DNA of 64,000 nt, taken from Candidatus Heimdallarchaeum endolithica (GTDB taxonomy: Archaea > Asgardarchaeota > Heimdallarchaeia > Heimdallarchaeales > Heimdallarchaeaceae). Below are positions 60,271-64,000 of this stretch, one piece after another. Where the stretch lies: positions 2,048,001 to 2,112,000 of the forward strand of contig CP084167.1 in NCBI GenBank assembly GCA_021513715.1. Direction: 5' to 3'. Each line of letters opens with the position of its first letter. Positions within the stretch are counted from its first letter, which is position 1. The position numbers and the translations under genes were made by a program. The notes under the pieces are model-generated. The model saw only the letters and a program-made list of their open reading frames with translations, was not told the origin of the DNA and made no database searches.

Positions 60271-60382
60271 ACTTGTTATATTCTTCTACCACTTCATTTT
60301 TCTCTTATCTTCTAAAGATGTTTGTCTGGGATCATATATAGTGTTATTCCTTTATAAATATCCCAGATTTTTTTATAATAAG
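60271..60382 (-). promoter_or_regulatory. CRISPR leader with TATA-like box inside an inverted repeat
   Basis: Between cas2 and first repeat; TTTATAAA at 60351-60358 flanked by TCTGGGAT (60325) and ATCCCAGA (60360). Confidence 0.7.
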
Positions 60383-60646
60383 TTATATGAATTGCCCTGT
60401 TTCTACTTTTTCAATCCCTAAGTTAGACAACTTAACTAGTTCTTTACTTCGTATAGTATAAATTCTCACACAATCATGTTCTTCATTCATTAGACGTTTT
60501 AGGCCATTTTCTATTTCTACTAGTTGTGTTTTCGTTATTTCTCCTTCAAAAACTGAATTTTGAACTCTTTCTAAGAAGCATCTCAGAAAGTTACATACTT
60601 TTGACACTCTTTCTACTCCCACGTCATAAACTATTATGGCATACAT
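60383..60646 (-). CDS. cas2: CRISPR-associated Cas2
   Basis: IIVYDV, RVQNSVFEG. Confidence 0.96.
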   Translation of the reverse strand: MYAIIVYDVGVERVSKVCNFLRCFLERVQNSVFEGEITKTQLVEIENGLKRLMNEEHDCVRIYTIRSKELVKLSNLGIEKVETGQFI

Positions 60647-60647
60647 T

Positions 60648-61727
60648 TTACCACCAAATTACGAAGGGTTCATATTTTTTCATCCCCAATAAATGTTTGC
60701 ACAATTTTATGCATTCCAAATAAATCAATCTCTCATAAGAAACATTTCTTTTAAGGGAGCGATGTTTTATTGTAGAATTTAATTTTTTCTCATATTCCAT
60801 CACAAAAATTTTTTTACCTTTTTCATTCAACAAGCAGCTATTTAACTCTTTTACAAAATGCTTTTCTGTTATTATCTGTTTGTTAGTTAATTTAAATATG
60901 ACCCGATCTACTATTAATGGTTTAAATATTTCTGAGAGGTCTAAAGATAGTGAATATCTTCTTTCTGATGGTTCATGTAAAAAAGCGATTGTTTGATTCA
61001 ATTGTGTGTGGTAAATATTTTTTATTATTGTTGAATAAAGAAGGGCGTTTCCAAAACTTATCATAGCATTAATAGGATTCAGGGGAGGTTGTTTTGTTCT
61101 TTTCTCAAATTTAAAAGTATTTTTTATAATAACATCAAAGCAGGCATAATATTTATTCCGTATACCACCTTCAAGAGCTCTTAATTTGTTAATATCAATT
61201 ATATTTGTGATTTTTTTTATCTCATTTTCAATATATTCTATCTTACTTTCAAAGTCTCTTCCCTCGCTTTGGTAATATTTTAGATTTCTCAACATATTTA
61301 GAGATGCTCCTTCAATAAATTTTCTTGCTAGAAGAATTCTCTTTCTGTAATCTAAGTAGTGTGCAGCTTGGTTTATATGCATTTTTCCAGACAGTAAACT
61401 TTCTTTTGGAATAATGGAACCCTCATAATTACCATAATATCCAAAGAAATGGACGGGGATTGATTTTTTGCATAGCAAGGAGATAACTCCTGAAGTAAGA
61501 GATACTCTACCATATAAAAACAGATTTCCTATTTGCTCAATTGGTAAGATCCTTTTTTCATATTCAAGTTTATTGGCAATATTTTCTGTTTCAACGTCAA
61601 ATTCCTCTTCATCAATCTCGGCCTTAAATACTTTATTATTTTCTTCTTGTTTTTGATAAATGAAATAAATGGTATTATATTTTCTAATTAATTTACCATT
61701 TTTTAAAATATAGAAATTTTTATTCAC
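60648..61727 (-). CDS. cas1: CRISPR-associated Cas1 (type I-B)
   Basis: NAMISFGN..LY, FLHEP, SLSLDLSEIFKP, F..WW end. Confidence 0.96.
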   Translation of the reverse strand: MNKNFYILKNGKLIRKYNTIYFIYQKQEENNKVFKAEIDEEEFDVETENIANKLEYEKRILPIEQIGNLFLYGRVSLTSGVISLLCKKSIPVHFFGYYGNYEGSIIPKESLLSGKMHINQAAHYLDYRKRILLARKFIEGASLNMLRNLKYYQSEGRDFESKIEYIENEIKKITNIIDINKLRALEGGIRNKYYACFDVIIKNTFKFEKRTKQPPLNPINAMISFGNALLYSTIIKNIYHTQLNQTIAFLHEPSERRYSLSLDLSEIFKPLIVDRVIFKLTNKQIITEKHFVKELNSCLLNEKGKKIFVMEYEKKLNSTIKHRSLKRNVSYERLIYLECIKLCKHLLGMKKYEPFVIWW

Positions 61728-61730
61728 TTT

Positions 61731-62243
61731 TCACACCCAACAAAACTCAAAATATGCACATTTTCTACAATAACTTTTTTTTTCAGGTTTTGGAGGACTA
61801 GGCATTGCAAGTATTTCTTTTATTTCAGCTAATATGTTTTCTAACTTTTTTTCTATTTCAGCATTTAAAGTTAAATTGATTCTTTTTTTAACAAGAGGAT
61901 AGTCAATAATTCCTTCTACGAGTTCAATTTTTTTGGTCCGTTTAAGATAATATATATAATAATAAAGTTGATATTTATGCGCGTCCTCAAGACTTTGTGA
62001 TTTTTTAATTTCATGCAAAATCAATTTTTCTCCTTTTTTCAAAAAATCAATAGCTATTTTGTTATCAACGATAATGTTTTTTTTCATTCTAGGATAAGTT
62101 ACTTCATGAATAAAACTACCTAGTCTTACTTCTTCAGAGGATTGTTCCATTCCCATGTTATAGGAAAATAACCACAGCTTTGTTTTGCATACTATGGAGT
62201 AATTGATTTGTAACCCCCTAAAAAAGTCGAACTCGTTCAGCAT
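61731..62243 (-). CDS. cas4: CRISPR-associated Cas4
   Basis: VCKTKLWLF, HEIKKS, QL.YY, CRKCAYFEFC. Confidence 0.95.
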   Translation of the reverse strand: MLNEFDFFRGLQINYSIVCKTKLWLFSYNMGMEQSSEEVRLGSFIHEVTYPRMKKNIIVDNKIAIDFLKKGEKLILHEIKKSQSLEDAHKYQLYYYIYYLKRTKKIELVEGIIDYPLVKKRINLTLNAEIEKKLENILAEIKEILAMPSPPKPEKKSYCRKCAYFEFCWV

Positions 62244-62306
62244 AATAATTTCATTTTACTAAAATATTAAAGCATTTTTAAAAATTTTAAAATTGGCTTT
62301 TGTTTT

Positions 62307-64000
62307 TTAAATTATGTTTTCTTCTTCAATTTCAAGCTTATCCATATTCAAATTTTCTAGCTTGTTAATTCCTAGTTCTTTTATTTTTTTTAATGAACTA
62401 TGGGGTAGTTGCTTAAGAACATAGAAGCCTTTAAACATTTCTCGTTCCAAAAAAACGTATGTTTTAAAATTTTTACCAAAAGCGTAAATAGGGACATGAA
62501 AGGAATAGGAATATAATTTTTTTAAGATAGTCCACTTGCTCGTTTCTATCTGTGTTTTCTTTTTAATTATTTTTGCAATGCTATTGGTACTTTCATTTTT
62601 GCTTTCAAATGGGAGAACCCAATTATCTTTGTTTGTTCTATCAGCAATTAGTGCACCTAATGCTTTTTCGATTTCATCATCACCAAATTCTTTCATTACG
62701 TCAGGTATCAGTACTTGAATTCCTGCCATGCGCCTAAAAACGGTTTGCGCTTGACTTTTCTTCTCCGCGGAGAAATATTTTAACCATTCAAGTGTCTCCT
62801 CTATTTTTTCTTCATAATATTCTCTAAGCGTTCTACCATTAATCTTCGCTTTAAAGACTTGCTCTATTATTTCTCTTTCATTTTCATAATTTAGTATCCC
62901 CTTTTTCTCATATTTTTCTAATACTTCAATCGTTTTATTTAGCATTATCTCTGGTTGGTAAATAGCTTTGGTTCCTTTGTCTATTCCAGTATAGATGTAC
63001 ACATTCGGAGTTGATTCTTTGTAGTCACTTTCTCTGTTCCTATAAATACGCCCCCATCTTTGAATTTGTGAGTCTACAGGAGATATTTCAGTAATTAATA
63101 TATCAAAGTCCACATCAACAGATGCTTCTACCATTTGTGTAGAAATAAGTATTAAATGCTTCCGATTTTTTAAATTATTCTTTATTTTTGATATTCTCTT
63201 ACTCTTTTCTTTTTCAATTATTCTAGAATGCAAAAGTTCTGCATATATTTTATGATTTTTAAACGTTTCATATAAACTAATAGCTTTTCCTACATTATTA
63301 ACAATAATAAGGACATTTTTATCAGGATTAGTTGTCAGTATCTTATTTAACTTTCGGAAAGAATCTTTTGAAACAAAGTAGGATGGGTTATTGTCTTTAG
63401 AATCGTAATTAAAGAGCAAATCATCGATTAATTGAATCTTATGTCTTCTGAGGGAAAAGTTCTTTATTGATTTTTTATCAGAGATATCTTCTTTAAGATC
63501 AATGAGTGTAAAATCTAGATTTATTTCTTGTGTATTTCCTTTGTTTTTAAACAAAAACTTTCGAAAGTATGGAGGAAATGTTGCTGTGATAATAAGTATT
63601 TTACCACTTAATTTATTTATTATCTCTAATGTTTTTATAATTATTGCAGCCATCTCTGGATTATAAGCTTGAATTTCGTCAATAATTACTGTACTGGTTG
63701 GATAAAGAGAAAGAACTTTATCGAAACCATAATATTTCAACGATGTTAGAAAGATCTGATCAGGTGTTGTTAACAAAACAGGGGTAGAAAAAAGTTTAGC
63801 AGAAAGCATTTTGCAATTTATATCTATCTTCTTTCCTTCTTTTTCTTCATCCAAATATTCCATAAATGATGTAGAATGGAGGATACCCAAGTATTTTTCA
63901 TCAAAATAGTTAATTTCTGCTTTTTTTCCATTTTTTGCTATTTTAAACTCTTGAAATCGAGTAAATAAATCATTTAATGCAACACGTAAAGGGAGTGTAT
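62307..64000 (-). CDS. cas3: CRISPR-associated helicase Cas3 (5' part outside window)
   Basis: TLPLRVALN, IDEIQAY, TAT, HSR, STQMVEASVDVD, QRWGR. Confidence 0.93.
   Translation of the reverse strand, partial: TLPLRVALNDLFTRFQEFKIAKNGKKAEINYFDEKYLGILHSTSFMEYLDEEKEGKKIDINCKMLSAKLFSTPVLLTTPDQIFLTSLKYYGFDKVLSLYPTSTVIIDEIQAYNPEMAAIIIKTLEIINKLSGKILIITATFPPYFRKFLFKNKGNTQEINLDFTLIDLKEDISDKKSIKNFSLRRHKIQLIDDLLFNYDSKDNNPSYFVSKDSFRKLNKILTTNPDKNVLIIVNNVGKAISLYETFKNHKIYAELLHSRIIEKEKSKRISKIKNNLKNRKHLILISTQMVEASVDVDFDILITEISPVDSQIQRWGRIYRNRESDYKESTPNVYIYTGIDKGTKAIYQPEIMLNKTIEVLEKYEKKGILNYENEREIIEQVFKAKINGRTLREYYEEKIEETLEWLKYFSAEKKSQAQTVFRRMAGIQVLIPDVMKEFGDDEIEKALGALIADRTNKDNWVLPFESKNESTNSIAKIIKKKTQIETSKWTILKKLYSYSFHVPIYAFGKNFKTYVFLEREMFKGFYVLKQLPHSSLKKIKELGINKLENLNMDKLEIEEENII

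Noticed and set aside
60161-60421. 86-aa ORF over the array end
   Set aside because: Translation of CRISPR repeats and leader.
480-62718. Numerous short antisense or overlapping ORFs in the track
   Set aside because: Shadows of well-supported genes, with no motifs of their own.

Overview
AT-rich archaeal chromosome segment, most likely Asgard (Heimdallarchaeia-like). This is inferred from a roadblock/LC7 protein, a possible gelsolin-like protein, BHB-type tRNA introns and archaeal core genes (rpl37e, Lsm, LX, prefoldin, ftsY, secE, spt5, rpl11). Metabolic genes: an opp/dpp ABC transporter, a NuoE/NuoF/FdhA formate dehydrogenase complex plus mobA, an aconitase-X pair, form III-type RuBisCO plus R15P isomerase, lipB-lipA, a bacterial-type plsY and an ADP-forming acyl-CoA synthetase. 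There are eight tRNA genes, all encoding CCA; five have introns, one in the T-loop. A type I-B CRISPR-Cas locus lies at the right end (47 repeats; cas2, cas1, cas4, partial cas3). Main unexplained structure: (1) the + strand flips from A/purine-rich to T/pyrimidine-rich at nearly every tRNA gene, independent of gene direction; (2) small cassettes without an intact integrase are bounded by duplicated tRNA 3' ends. One at tRNA-Leu carries a cas-less mini-CRISPR nearly identical to the main repeat, and two stacked at tRNA-Pro each carry a diversified beta-helix surface protein; (3) two unannotated dispersed non-coding repeats, one of about 175 nt and one (CACTAT)n element. All calls are by eye, without database searches.
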